32,000 bases of DNA from Akkermansia muciniphila ATCC BAA-835 (GTDB lineage Bacteria > Verrucomicrobiota > Verrucomicrobiia > Verrucomicrobiales > Akkermansiaceae), in the NCBI RefSeq assembly GCF_000020225.1, contig NC_010655.1, positions 960,001-992,000 of the forward strand, given 5' to 3'. This document shows positions 1 to 8,154 of the stretch, one piece after another (the first letter of the stretch is position 1; every line of letters starts with the position of its first letter). Both the position numbers and the translations under genes were made by a program. The notes under the pieces were generated by a model, which was not told the DNA's origin, searched no databases, and was given only the letters and a program-made list of their open reading frames with translations.

Positions 1-584
1 TTTCCAAAAGAAGCTCCAAACTGGGAGCCTGTCAGGGCAGGGGAGGATGGATTCCACTCGGTAATCGTACCTGCCAGAGCGCCGTTGACATACACGGAAA
101 GCGTTTGGGAGGAAAGATCGGAAACGATGCTCAGATTAGTCCAGCTGTCCTGCTGGAGATCCGTCCAGGTCAATCCCGTATTGATATTTCCGCCAGTTTG
201 GCCGCCGAACCCCTTATTGTAGAGGTATAGTTCTCCGTTATTAGTGAATTCCAGCACCATGCTGTTGGATTCTCCGGAGACCGTTCCATTGGTGTACAGG
301 CTGAAAATGTCTTTCCACCCATTGCTGGTGGAACTCAGGTTTTTCAGGTCAAAGCTCACGGTGAAACTGTCTTGGATGCCCGTTATGTTTGAGTTATAGG
401 GAGTGCCGGAACTGCTGCCGAACGTGGCGTAATCATTGCCGGAAGTGTAATTGAAGGAACCGTTCCAGTTGGGGGCGGTTATTTGTGCTCCTTCCGCAGT
501 CCATTCCCAGGAATAGATAGGGGTAGCCGCCTGGGCCATGCCTGCCGCTGCCAGTAAAGATAAAATAATAAATGAGCGTTTCAC
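1..584 (-). CDS. Secreted LamG / concanavalin-A-like lectin domain protein. Only the N-terminal part lies in the window; the gene runs off the left edge.
   Basis: My own minus-strand translation from GTG at 584..582 (in-frame ATG at 539) reads VKRSFIILSLLAAAGMAQAATPIYSWEWT.... This is a signal peptide followed by ...SFTVSFDLKNL..WKDIFSLYTNG..MVLEFTNNGELYLYN...WTNLSIVSD..LSVYVNGALAGTI, a strand pattern typical of Laminin_G_3 domains. The frame stays open to position 1. It is missing from the ORF track because it has no in-window stop. Confidence 0.6.
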   Translation of the reverse strand, partial: MKRSFIILSLLAAAGMAQAATPIYSWEWTAEGAQITAPNWNGSFNYTSGNDYATFGSSSGTPYNSNITGIQDSFTVSFDLKNLSSTSNGWKDIFSLYTNGTVSGESNSMVLEFTNNGELYLYNKGFGGQTGGNINTGLTWTDLQQDSWTNLSIVSDLSSQTLSVYVNGALAGTITEWNPSSPALTGSQFGASFG

Positions 585-628
585 GGAAATTCTGAAATAT
601 GGGTTAAAATCAATCCGATAGGAGGGTA

Positions 629-645
629 GCGGATTATAAATCCGG
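629..645. repeat. 17 bp motif GCGGATTATAAATCCGG, copy 1. It is itself a CGGATT-N3-AATCCG palindrome.
   Basis: It is the exact reverse complement of 796..812. Both copies lie in the AT-rich gap between the LamG-like gene and dnaN. Confidence 0.7.
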
Positions 646-795
646 GGTCAAATTATTTTTCTGAAAACAAATCATTTAACGGAAAAAAGATTACGGAGAA
701 GATAAAAGAAGAGAAAACAGAAACGGCATTCCTGTTGGAAAGAAAACGTACATTTTCAATAAAATTGCCGCATCCTGGGAAAAAAGAGACAATAT

Positions 796-812
796 CCGGA
801 TTTATAATCCGC
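796..812. repeat. 17 bp motif CCGGATTTATAATCCGC, copy 2 (inverted copy of 629..645)
   Basis: Perfect 17/17 reverse-complement match to 629..645. The 3' part, TAATCCGCA, differs from the canonical DnaA box TTATCCACA at 2 positions. Confidence 0.7.
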
Positions 813-1034
813 ACAAGGATATTGAAGAAATCTGATTCCCCGGAATGGATTTTTAAGAATGCTTAAATAATTTGAAAAACCTTTTCATGCAAGATATGCC
901 CAGAGAAATTGCATATTACTATATATAGTATGCTTTTAAAAAAATACTGCCAAATATTAGGGTTTGACGGAGAAATGGCTTGAACCATGAAAGGCACTTA
1001 TGAGAAGATGCGAGGCAGATAAAAGCACAGACAC

Positions 1035-2135
1035 ATGAAGTTTACCATTTCCAAGCAAGTATTTCTCGACGGGCTGAGACAGGTTGCCAGCGTTGTGTCT
1101 TCCAAGACGACGCTGCCCATTCTTTCCAACGTCAAGATTGAAGCTGAAAACGGCCAGGTACGTTTTACGGCTACTGATCTTGATGTATGTATTACTGGCG
1201 TGGTTCCCGCAAATGTGCTGCGTGAAGGCACCGTGACCCTGCCCGCTAAAAAGCTGGTGAGCATTATCAGCGAACTTCCTGAAGCCGAAGTCCAGGTGGA
1301 TGTCAACCAACGCAACCAGGCTGCTGTGGAATGTGGCCGCTCTCAGTTTAAACTGAACGGCCTTCCGGCGGATGAATTTCCGGAACTGCCGTCTTTTGAG
1401 CAGGCTACTGTGTACCAGGTGGAGCAGAATATGTTGCGCGACTGTATCCGCCGGACGGAATATGCCATTTCCACGGATACGACCCGCTACGTGTTGAACG
1501 GCATTTCCCTTTCTTTCCGCAATGGTAAAATGACTTTGGTAGCCACGGACGGACGTCGTTTGGCTTTGGCGGAAACCGCCCTGGAATTTCCGGAAGAACA
1601 GCAACTGGATGCCATCCTGCCCACTAAGGCTGTCGGAGAACTCCGCCGCCTTCTGGATGAAGTGGGAACCGTCACGATCCGGTTCACACGCAACCAGGCA
1701 GCCTTTGAAATCAACGATACGCTCTTAATCAGCAAACTGATTGACGGCAATTACCCGAACTACCGGCAGGTAATTCCTACGGATTGCAAGGAAAGTATCG
1801 AACTTCCCTGCGGGGAACTGCTGGAGACAGTGCGCCGTGTTTCTCTCCTTTCCGTGGATAAGAGCACAAATATCAAGCTGAATTTTCGTGAAAACGAACT
1901 GGAAGTGGCTTCCAGCGCAGAAGGAGTGGGCGAAGCTCATGAATCGATGACGATCACTTATTCCGGAAGGCCGCTTTCCATTTCCTTTAATCCGGATTTC
2001 TTCATGGCTCCCCTGAAGACGATGGCCGGGGATACGGTCATTACGCTGAACCTCATTGATGAAATGAGTCCGGGCGTCTTGAAGATTGGCGATGAGTTCC
2101 TGTATGTGCTCATGCCGATGAGATCTCCCAATTGA
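1035..2135 (+). CDS. dnaN: DNA polymerase III beta subunit (sliding clamp)
   Basis: 366 aa ORF. It starts MKFTISKQVFLDGLRQVASVVSSKTTLPILSNVKIEA, continues TATDLDV, and contains RYVLNGI...LVATDGRRLA and LIDGNYPNYRQVIP, the classic DnaN three-domain motifs. Length is typical. Confidence 0.95.
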   Translation: MKFTISKQVFLDGLRQVASVVSSKTTLPILSNVKIEAENGQVRFTATDLDVCITGVVPANVLREGTVTLPAKKLVSIISELPEAEVQVDVNQRNQAAVECGRSQFKLNGLPADEFPELPSFEQATVYQVEQNMLRDCIRRTEYAISTDTTRYVLNGISLSFRNGKMTLVATDGRRLALAETALEFPEEQQLDAILPTKAVGELRRLLDEVGTVTIRFTRNQAAFEINDTLLISKLIDGNYPNYRQVIPTDCKESIELPCGELLETVRRVSLLSVDKSTNIKLNFRENELEVASSAEGVGEAHESMTITYSGRPLSISFNPDFFMAPLKTMAGDTVITLNLIDEMSPGVLKIGDEFLYVLMPMRSPN

Positions 2136-2166
2136 TTTTGGTGGCACAAAATCGTTCATACAGAGG

Positions 2167-2203
2167 AACAGGCGTCATGGAGACATGACGCCTGTTTTTT
2201 TAT
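2167..2203 (+). terminator. Rho-independent terminator of dnaN
   Basis: 13 bp perfect stem AACAGGCGTCATG / CATGACGCCTGTT (2167..2179 and 2184..2196) with a GAGA loop, followed by a T-run. It starts 32 nt after the dnaN stop. Confidence 0.8.
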
Positions 2204-2240
2204 TGGCTGAGAGTGAATGGAAAAGAAATGTTATTCACAT

Positions 2241-2270
2241 AAATGTTCTACGTGGAACATTTTTTATTTT
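2241..2270 (+). terminator. Second terminator-like hairpin downstream of dnaN
   Basis: 8 bp stem AAATGTTC / GAACATTT with a 6 nt loop, followed by TTTTTATTTT. Confidence 0.45.
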
Positions 2271-2439
2271 CCATTACAGGAAAACTGTAATCTGCCTTGA
2301 AAAGACGGAACACCTGCATGGGGCGCGAGGGGCATCACCGGAAACCTCTGCGACGACGGGAGAATGCCATTATCCGGGAATGAGAAGATGCGGGGACAGC
2401 AAATATTCAGAGCGGAGAATTGACAAATTTTACTCCGTA

Positions 2440-2922
2440 TCACTCGCCCAGCAAACCCGGAGGAGCGAACAAGTCCGGAGCAAGATGAAAGGGATAAAAA
2501 CCGGATGCTTGAAGAATGGCTTCACGGACGGAGGATATGGAATTGAAACAGGAATGTTCCACATCCAGAATACGTCCGTCCTTCAATTTAATCATCAATC
2601 CGGGTTCTGCCTCATTATTTGGTGTGCATCCTATGCGTTCAATTAATTCCCACGGTATTTCCCTGCGTGAAATGCTGTTGCCCCAGAAGATGGAAGAAGA
2701 AGTGATTGTGAGAAAATAAGGCCTGCCCATAATAACGGGAAGCCACAGGAACAGTAAAAGGGCGCCGAGAAGAAAGTTCCACCAGCCGGAACCGAAAAAA
2801 GCCCAGGCCAGGCTGCATCCCAGGGTTCCGAGAATTCTCCCTCCCAGCCGATAACTGCGGTAGAAATAATAAGTGTTCATGAGTTGCGAAGTCAATGAAA
2901 CGTCAAACCGACCATGGAACAA
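2440..2922 (-). CDS. Hypothetical small membrane protein (two predicted TM helices plus a soluble C-terminal domain)
   Basis: 160 aa ORF with hydrophobic stretches ILGTLGCSLAWAFFGSGWW and FLLGALLLFLWLPVIMG, then a soluble tail. An alternative start exists at the internal MNTYYFY. I recognise no family. It is convergent with dnaN. Confidence 0.5.
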   Translation of the reverse strand: MFHGRFDVSLTSQLMNTYYFYRSYRLGGRILGTLGCSLAWAFFGSGWWNFLLGALLLFLWLPVIMGRPYFLTITSSSIFWGNSISRREIPWELIERIGCTPNNEAEPGLMIKLKDGRILDVEHSCFNSISSVREAILQASGFYPFHLAPDLFAPPGLLGE

Positions 2923-2982
2923 TAAGTTCCCGACCGTATTCTATACGCTACCGCTTTATCCCGGCAAAGACAAGGTGATAAG

Positions 2983-4059
2983 TCAGGAAATCCAGTTCAG
3001 CATGTCAGGCGGTACGGAACCGCAGGAACGTATCAGGGAAAGAAAATGTTCTTCCATTTCCGGCGGCGGAGGAAAAAGGCCAGGCAAAACTCGGCCTTCG
3101 GCAAGTTCCAGAGCTCCCTGGTTATGAAGAGCCAGGGGCGGATCAATGTAACGCATTTGCGTAGGGTCCGGCAGAATAAAATTAAGAGGGCGGCCTTCGT
3201 TCAACAGGCGGTTTTTCGGAATTTCCGGCCCCCATTCATCCTCCACACCCATATTGGCAAGCAGAACGCCGGAAGAGAAGGGCATGTCCGGCTCAATAAG
3301 CCCTGACATGGCATGCCGCTTTCCCGTAGCCGTAACGGCGCAGAAAGCATGCCTGATTGCGTCAGTAAGGGTTTCCCTGTCCGTTGCCGGCACAAAAGAG
3401 GCGAAAGCCAGAGGTTTTTTTTCCACGTCCGCTACAATGACATTCAGTTTCCGTCTGAGAGCATGCAGAGCTATTCCGCGGCCAACTTTTCCATGTCCGA
3501 TGACTACCAGAGTCTGTCCCTGTTCATTTTTTATTCCAAGAGATTCCAGAGCCCGGAAAAAACTTTCTCCGGTTCCAAGGCAGGTTTCTATCTGTTTAAT
3601 CTTTCCGGCGTCCACCATCCACACGGGCTGCGTGCATGCCGCATAGCGTTCCGCACCCGAGCGGGTTAATTCCACATACCCGTAGCGGCTGGGAACATGG
3701 CTGAGCACTCCGGCGCAGTCCATGACCACATCATAAGGTCCGCCTGCCCGTTCCGCTTCCACCACTGGAATTCCATACTGTCCCAATAATACGGCTGTTT
3801 CCGGGTCATAGGGCATTACCGGGGAGACCGCTACTGTCAGCTCCGCTCCTGCGGCCAGAAGAGAGGCGTATTTGGCGCAGGTATTCCGGAACACGGGAGA
3901 AGCGTCAATAATCCGGCATCCTTCCAGAGGGCGACTTTCCGACCACGTTTTATACTGGTGCAGGAGAACGGGAAATTCTTCCTGCCGGTAAAAGGGGAAC
4001 AAATTTTCCAGAATGCGCTCCGGAGATGCAGGCATAACAAAAATCTTAGGGTTTCTCAC
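2983..4059 (-). CDS. Adenosylhomocysteinase-like (SAHH-fold) NAD-binding protein, short and divergent
   Basis: 358 aa. Motif order parallels SAHH: LLAAGAELTVAVSP (compare ALGAEVRW.SCN), DVVMDCAGVLS (compare DDGGD), GYVELTRSG (compare EETTTG), Rossmann motif VVIGHGKVGRGIA (compare GYGDVGKG), TATGKRH (compare TTGN) and ANMGVEDEWG (compare NIGHFD.EI). The listed start is GTG at 4059; an ATG alternative is at 4035. Confidence 0.6.
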   Translation of the reverse strand: MRNPKIFVMPASPERILENLFPFYRQEEFPVLLHQYKTWSESRPLEGCRIIDASPVFRNTCAKYASLLAAGAELTVAVSPVMPYDPETAVLLGQYGIPVVEAERAGGPYDVVMDCAGVLSHVPSRYGYVELTRSGAERYAACTQPVWMVDAGKIKQIETCLGTGESFFRALESLGIKNEQGQTLVVIGHGKVGRGIALHALRRKLNVIVADVEKKPLAFASFVPATDRETLTDAIRHAFCAVTATGKRHAMSGLIEPDMPFSSGVLLANMGVEDEWGPEIPKNRLLNEGRPLNFILPDPTQMRYIDPPLALHNQGALELAEGRVLPGLFPPPPEMEEHFLSLIRSCGSVPPDMLNWIS

Positions 4060-4235
4060 AGCAGAGGGTAATCCCTATCCTGTCGTTTTCCCAGAAAAAC
4101 TTTGTTAAAGAAATATCTTTTGTTTAATAATTTTTAAAAGCTGTAGCCAGTTCAGGGAAGACAAAGTGCTAAGTCATCTATATTCGCTTGCAAGTATTTT
4201 ATGCGTGTGTCGTGGCATGCCTGAGAACAATCTTT

Positions 4236-5615
4236 TTAACTGCATTCTTCACCTGTTTGATGAAGAAGTGTTTTCTTTTTGCGTAGAATAAATAGGACAG
4301 CAACTGTTAATATGGTCAACATTTCCGACAGACAAAGTGCTAGCCACGCACCGTTCGTTCCCATTGCTTCAGGCAACAGGATAAAGCATGGAATAAGAAA
4401 AACAAATCCTCGCAACAGGGCAAACAAATTGGCGAGTTTTACATTTTCCACGCTTTGGTAATAACCGATGAGCATCAGGTTGATGATGAAGAAAACAAAT
4501 GCCAGGGAGAAATATGGAAATCCCTCAATGGCTATGAGCGCCGCAGTGCTGTCCGGATTGACGAACAAGCCTACCAGAATATGCGGGAACAAAATGAATG
4601 CTGCCGTCGTGACTATGCCGCAAACAACGGAGGTAAATAATGCGATCCGTTTTGTATCGGCTACGCGTTTTTTCTCTCCAAGCCCGAAGTTATAGCTGAT
4701 GATGGGTTGCGCTGATTGCGCTATGGCATTGCCTACCATGAATACGAACGGAAGGTAATAGCAGGCAATGCCGAACGCTCCTACTCCATTATCTCCCAGA
4801 TATTTCATCAATGTGTGGTTCCCGACGAACATGAGCGTGGCCAGTGTCGCTTCAGTCAGCAAAGCGGAAGAACCGATGCGACATTGGCAGACAATATTAA
4901 GGAGGGAGAACCGAAAACTTCTGATGCTCCATTTAATAGGATAAAGCCGCAGTTTATGTGCAAATATCCATAAATAAATAAGGCCCGTGGCGCCGCTCGC
5001 AAACAGTGCTATGGTTGCGGCGAAAGCAGCTCCCGTCAATCCCCAGCCCAATGGAAAGATAAACAGCCAACCGAGTATTACGGTGATGATTGCAGCAATG
5101 ATATTGCACATCATAGCCAACTTCGGAGCGCCATCCAAACGAATCATGAATAGGCAGACAGAGCACCACATCTGGAATATCAACGAGGGGATGAACCACA
5201 ACAGGTATTCCCTAACCATGGGGGTAAGATGTTCGGAAGCGCCTAAAAATCGGGCTGTAGCTGACGGATATGCCATCATCAAGGCAGATGGCACGATGGC
5301 GGCAATGGTGACGAACAACAAGGCCTGGGTGACATTAAGGCGCGCGGCTTCCAGTTTTCCTTTTGATAGCTGAATGGAAGCGACTACGGATGAGCCTACG
5401 CCTGCCATGAGCCCTATCCCGGTAAACAACATCAGCAGGGGAATGCATATATTGATAGCGGCAATGCCATCGCTTCCGATTCCGTGACCGACGAGTATTC
5501 CGTCTACTGCCGTTACTGCCGATATGCTAAGCATCCCGAATAAGGTCGGGATAAAATACTTTCTGAATAATGTGCATACGTCCAGTGTGCCTAAATCAAT
5601 TGCATTTCTTTTCAT
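4236..5615 (-). CDS. MATE family multidrug/efflux transporter
   Basis: 459 aa polytopic membrane protein, about 12 hydrophobic segments. The N-terminus LFRKYFIPTLFGMLSISAVTAVDGILVGHGIGSDGIAAINI is typical of MATE (NorM/DinF-like) proteins. The gene is visibly more AT-rich than its neighbours. Confidence 0.88.
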   Translation of the reverse strand: MKRNAIDLGTLDVCTLFRKYFIPTLFGMLSISAVTAVDGILVGHGIGSDGIAAINICIPLLMLFTGIGLMAGVGSSVVASIQLSKGKLEAARLNVTQALLFVTIAAIVPSALMMAYPSATARFLGASEHLTPMVREYLLWFIPSLIFQMWCSVCLFMIRLDGAPKLAMMCNIIAAIITVILGWLFIFPLGWGLTGAAFAATIALFASGATGLIYLWIFAHKLRLYPIKWSIRSFRFSLLNIVCQCRIGSSALLTEATLATLMFVGNHTLMKYLGDNGVGAFGIACYYLPFVFMVGNAIAQSAQPIISYNFGLGEKKRVADTKRIALFTSVVCGIVTTAAFILFPHILVGLFVNPDSTAALIAIEGFPYFSLAFVFFIINLMLIGYYQSVENVKLANLFALLRGFVFLIPCFILLPEAMGTNGAWLALCLSEMLTILTVAVLFILRKKKTLLHQTGEECS

Positions 5616-5660
5616 ATGTGTCTGTTATTCTTATGGCTATTTTTTGCCGGGAAACAAAAA

Positions 5661-5706
5661 ATGCCGGATAAGGTGATTGGTTTTACCCAGTCATCTTATC
5701 CGGCAT
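5661..5706 (-). promoter_or_regulatory. Terminator-like hairpin in the region just upstream of the MATE start codon (candidate attenuator, or an insulating terminator)
   Basis: 12 bp perfect stem ATGCCGGATAAG / CTTATCCGGCAT with a 22 nt loop. On the minus strand it is followed by TTTTTTGTTT, and it ends about 45 nt before the ATG at 5615. Confidence 0.45.
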
Positions 5707-5784
5707 TTTTATTTGCCCTCCGATGAGGATTACAAAACGCTTCTTTTCGTTGTGTGGTCGTAAAAATAGTGCAATAATTTAGGA

Positions 5785-5812
5785 AATATAATTTTTTTAT
5801 ACGTCATGTTAA
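5785..5812 (-). promoter_or_regulatory. Candidate sigma70-type promoter facing the MATE gene
   Basis: On the minus strand: TTAACA (5812..5807), a 16 nt spacer, then TATATT (5790..5785). Each hexamer matches consensus at 5/6. Assigned by eye only. Confidence 0.35.
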
Positions 5813-5834
5813 TGCCTTGGAAAAAATGGGATAG

Positions 5835-5861
5835 AAAAAAGACTGCTTTCCGGGCAGTCTT
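5835..5861 (-). terminator. Rho-independent terminator of the L,D-transpeptidase gene (could act in both directions)
   Basis: 8 bp stem AAGACTGC / GCAGTCTT (5839..5846 and 5854..5861) with a 7 nt loop. It is flanked by an A-run on one side and a T-run on the other, and starts about 44 nt after the stop at 5905 on the minus strand. Confidence 0.7.
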
Positions 5862-5904
5862 TTTAAAACAGTTTGTGTTTTGAAGGGAGCGTTTTCCCGG
5901 CAGG

Positions 5905-6636
5905 CTATGGTTTGCGGCCTCCGGATTCCTGTTGTTGTGCGGGAGGGATTTTCTGCGCTTCCGGCACGGGGAGCGGCGTTTTCTGGATGGTAACGGGCGT
6001 TCCTATGCTGGTTTGCCTGTAGAGGATTTCCGCAACATTTCGCGGCAAACGGACGCAGCCATGGGAAACAGGATGCCGCCGAACTTTCCCTACATGCAGG
6101 CCCAGCCCCGCGTTGGTAAGACGCTGCCAATAAGGCATGGGAGAGCCGTCAAAACGACCTCCCTCCGGTATGGGATCCGTGGATTCGGCATTGTAGTTGA
6201 TGCATTTGCCTTCGGCATCATACATTTTGCCGTAGAGGTTGGAAGCATGGTCTTCCTTTTTGGAGATAACGGCGTAGTCCCCCGTTTTGGTCGGATAGGC
6301 TTTTACGCCGGAGGAGAGGGGGAAGTCCATGGCAACCAAGCCGTCCACCAGATACTGGCCCCGTTGTTCGTCCAGGCAGACGAAGATTTTTCGGGATTTT
6401 TTCGGCTGGCGGTTCAGCAAGGTATCGTCCTTATAGACGTCGTACGTTTTCCGGTAGTCCTTGCGGGCTACAAAATGAGCGTATGTGGAAGGATGAAACG
6501 GGTTTTTATATTCCGGAACGGATTTGTCCACGGCACGCGGATCCGGCAGGGCCGCATGGCCCGTGCCGGAGTGGGAACAGGACGCCCACCCCATGAGCAC
6601 CATGGGGAAGGCGGCCAGAACAAGGAGAGGCTTCAT
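5905..6636 (-). CDS. L,D-transpeptidase (YkuD/ErfK family), probable lipoprotein
   Basis: 243 aa. The YkuD catalytic signature GLGLHVGKVRRHPVSHGCVRLP (H..SHGC.R) is present. The N-terminal signal ends in a Cys, LMGWASC. Confidence 0.9.
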   Translation of the reverse strand: MKPLLVLAAFPMVLMGWASCSHSGTGHAALPDPRAVDKSVPEYKNPFHPSTYAHFVARKDYRKTYDVYKDDTLLNRQPKKSRKIFVCLDEQRGQYLVDGLVAMDFPLSSGVKAYPTKTGDYAVISKKEDHASNLYGKMYDAEGKCINYNAESTDPIPEGGRFDGSPMPYWQRLTNAGLGLHVGKVRRHPVSHGCVRLPRNVAEILYRQTSIGTPVTIQKTPLPVPEAQKIPPAQQQESGGRKP

Positions 6637-6665
6637 AAGTGGTGGAACCGGGAGGATTCCCCGGA

Positions 6666-7160
6666 TTACTTGGAACGCGGAATCGTCAACTTCTGGTTGA
6701 TGTGAATCAGATCGGACTTAAGGCCGTTAGCCCTTTTAAGGGCCTTGACAGAGGTGCCGTTCCTGCGGGCGATGGCTCCCAGCGTATCGCCTTTCTTCAC
6801 GGTGTAGGTGCGGGCCTTGGGAGCGGATTTACGGGAGGAGCTCTTTCTGGCAGCCGTGCTGCGGGAGGATTTGCTGCCGGCCGTGCTCTTCCGCGCGGAT
6901 GATTTTTTAGTGACGGAAGGCTTGGCGGGGGGATTGTAAGCGTAGCTGGAAGAACTCTGAACCGGGCTGTAATGGCCGGATTCGTAAGCGGGATCAGAGC
7001 TTTCCGCGATCCACGGCGGGATTTCGCCGCTGGCCGGTTCCGCAGTGTCGTAACCGGCCGTGGAGGAATTCTGGGTGGAGCAGGAAGAGAGGGGGAATAC
7101 CAGCGCGGCAGCGCAGGCGCAGGTTAAAATGAATGGCGTTTTCATGTGTGCCCTGTTCAT
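6666..7160 (-). CDS. LysM peptidoglycan-binding domain lipoprotein
   Basis: 164 aa. C-terminal LysM motif YTVKKGDTLGAIARRNGTSVKALKRANGL..DLIHINQKLTIP. A Ser/Lys/Arg-rich linker. Signal with lipobox-like PLSSC. An alternative start is at 7145 (MKTPF). It lies 29 nt upstream of the transpeptidase gene, so the two probably share an operon. Confidence 0.85.
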   Translation of the reverse strand: MNRAHMKTPFILTCACAAALVFPLSSCSTQNSSTAGYDTAEPASGEIPPWIAESSDPAYESGHYSPVQSSSSYAYNPPAKPSVTKKSSARKSTAGSKSSRSTAARKSSSRKSAPKARTYTVKKGDTLGAIARRNGTSVKALKRANGLKSDLIHINQKLTIPRSK

Positions 7161-7214
7161 ACTAATTTATGATTTCGGATTCAAGGCGGTAGCGCGGATT
7201 GTCGGGATTTTTTT

Positions 7215-8030
7215 TCAGACCTTGCCCAGATTATAAAAGGTTTCCGCATTTCGGGTCGTCACATGGGCCAGATCTTCCAGGTTCATGCCTCTGGCAGCGG
7301 CGATGAAACGGGCTGTATGAATGAGATGGGCGGGTTCGTTCATGCGGCCCCGGAGGGGTTCCGGGCTGAGATAGGGGGAGTCCGTTTCCAGCATGATACG
7401 GTTTTCCGGGCACCAGCTTGCGGTTTCCGCCACTACGGGGGCGTTTTTAAAAGTAGCCACCCCGGTGAAGGAGACCATGCCGTCCAGTTCGTCAAAGATC
7501 CGCATGGCCTGAGCGGTATTTCCGATGAAGCAGTGAAATACGGGACGCACGCGGCCCGCGTAGTTCCGGGCAATAGCCAAGGCGTCCTCAAAGCTCGCGG
7601 AGCCTTTCCGGTCCCGCGTATGCAGGACGATATTAAGGCCCAGGCGCTCCGCCAGGTCAAAGTGCCGTTCCAGAAGGTCCTGCTGAAGGCGGTGGAATTG
7701 TTCCGTTTCCCAGCCTTGGGGCGCCCCGTGGAAGTAATCCAGGCCCGTTTCCCCGATGGCGGCCAGGGGAACGTCCTGCGCCTTCCGGAAAAGCTGGTCC
7801 GCCCAGTCTGCCGGGGCGTCATGGGCATCGTCCGGATGGATGCCCAGCGCACAAAAAACCGCGCCGGGAAACTGGCGCGCCCACGCCGTGTTTGCCTCCC
7901 AGTCATCCATCCGCGCCCCCAGCGTAATCATGCGGTCAATGCCTTCCCGGAGGGCATGCTGGACGTAAGTTTCCCTGCGGGACTGGTCGAATTGAGCGGA
8001 AGCCAGATGGCAGTGCGTGTCAATAATCAT
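7215..8030 (-). CDS. TatD family metal-dependent hydrolase/DNase
   Basis: The ORF track gives 7215..8177. The canonical TatD N-terminus MIIDTHCHL begins at the internal ATG at 8030. Later motifs include GIHP, IGETGLDY and LETDSPYL. The shorter form is 271 aa, a typical length. Confidence 0.88.
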   Translation of the reverse strand: MIIDTHCHLASAQFDQSRRETYVQHALREGIDRMITLGARMDDWEANTAWARQFPGAVFCALGIHPDDAHDAPADWADQLFRKAQDVPLAAIGETGLDYFHGAPQGWETEQFHRLQQDLLERHFDLAERLGLNIVLHTRDRKGSASFEDALAIARNYAGRVRPVFHCFIGNTAQAMRIFDELDGMVSFTGVATFKNAPVVAETASWCPENRIMLETDSPYLSPEPLRGRMNEPAHLIHTARFIAAARGMNLEDLAHVTTRNAETFYNLGKV

Positions 8031-8154
8031 GGTGTAAGGGACTGTGGCGGAACGGATGAAGTTTGTGGATATTTGCCGGCTTTGAAAAGTGTAAACGCAG
8101 AGCATGCCTGATTTTTCCTTGCCACGCGGAAGTGAAACGCACAAACTGCCCCGC

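Noticed and set aside
1027-1034. The shared 8-mer ACAGACAC immediately upstream of the dnaN ATG (1027..1034) and of the MATE ATG (minus strand, 5625..5618).
   Set aside because: It is short and has only two occurrences. It probably reflects the general A/C-rich, SD-less initiation context rather than a specific element.
2185-2646. 153 aa plus-strand ORF beginning inside the dnaN terminator.
   Set aside because: It starts within the terminator hairpin, overlaps the convergent membrane-protein gene, and its translation has no features of a real protein.
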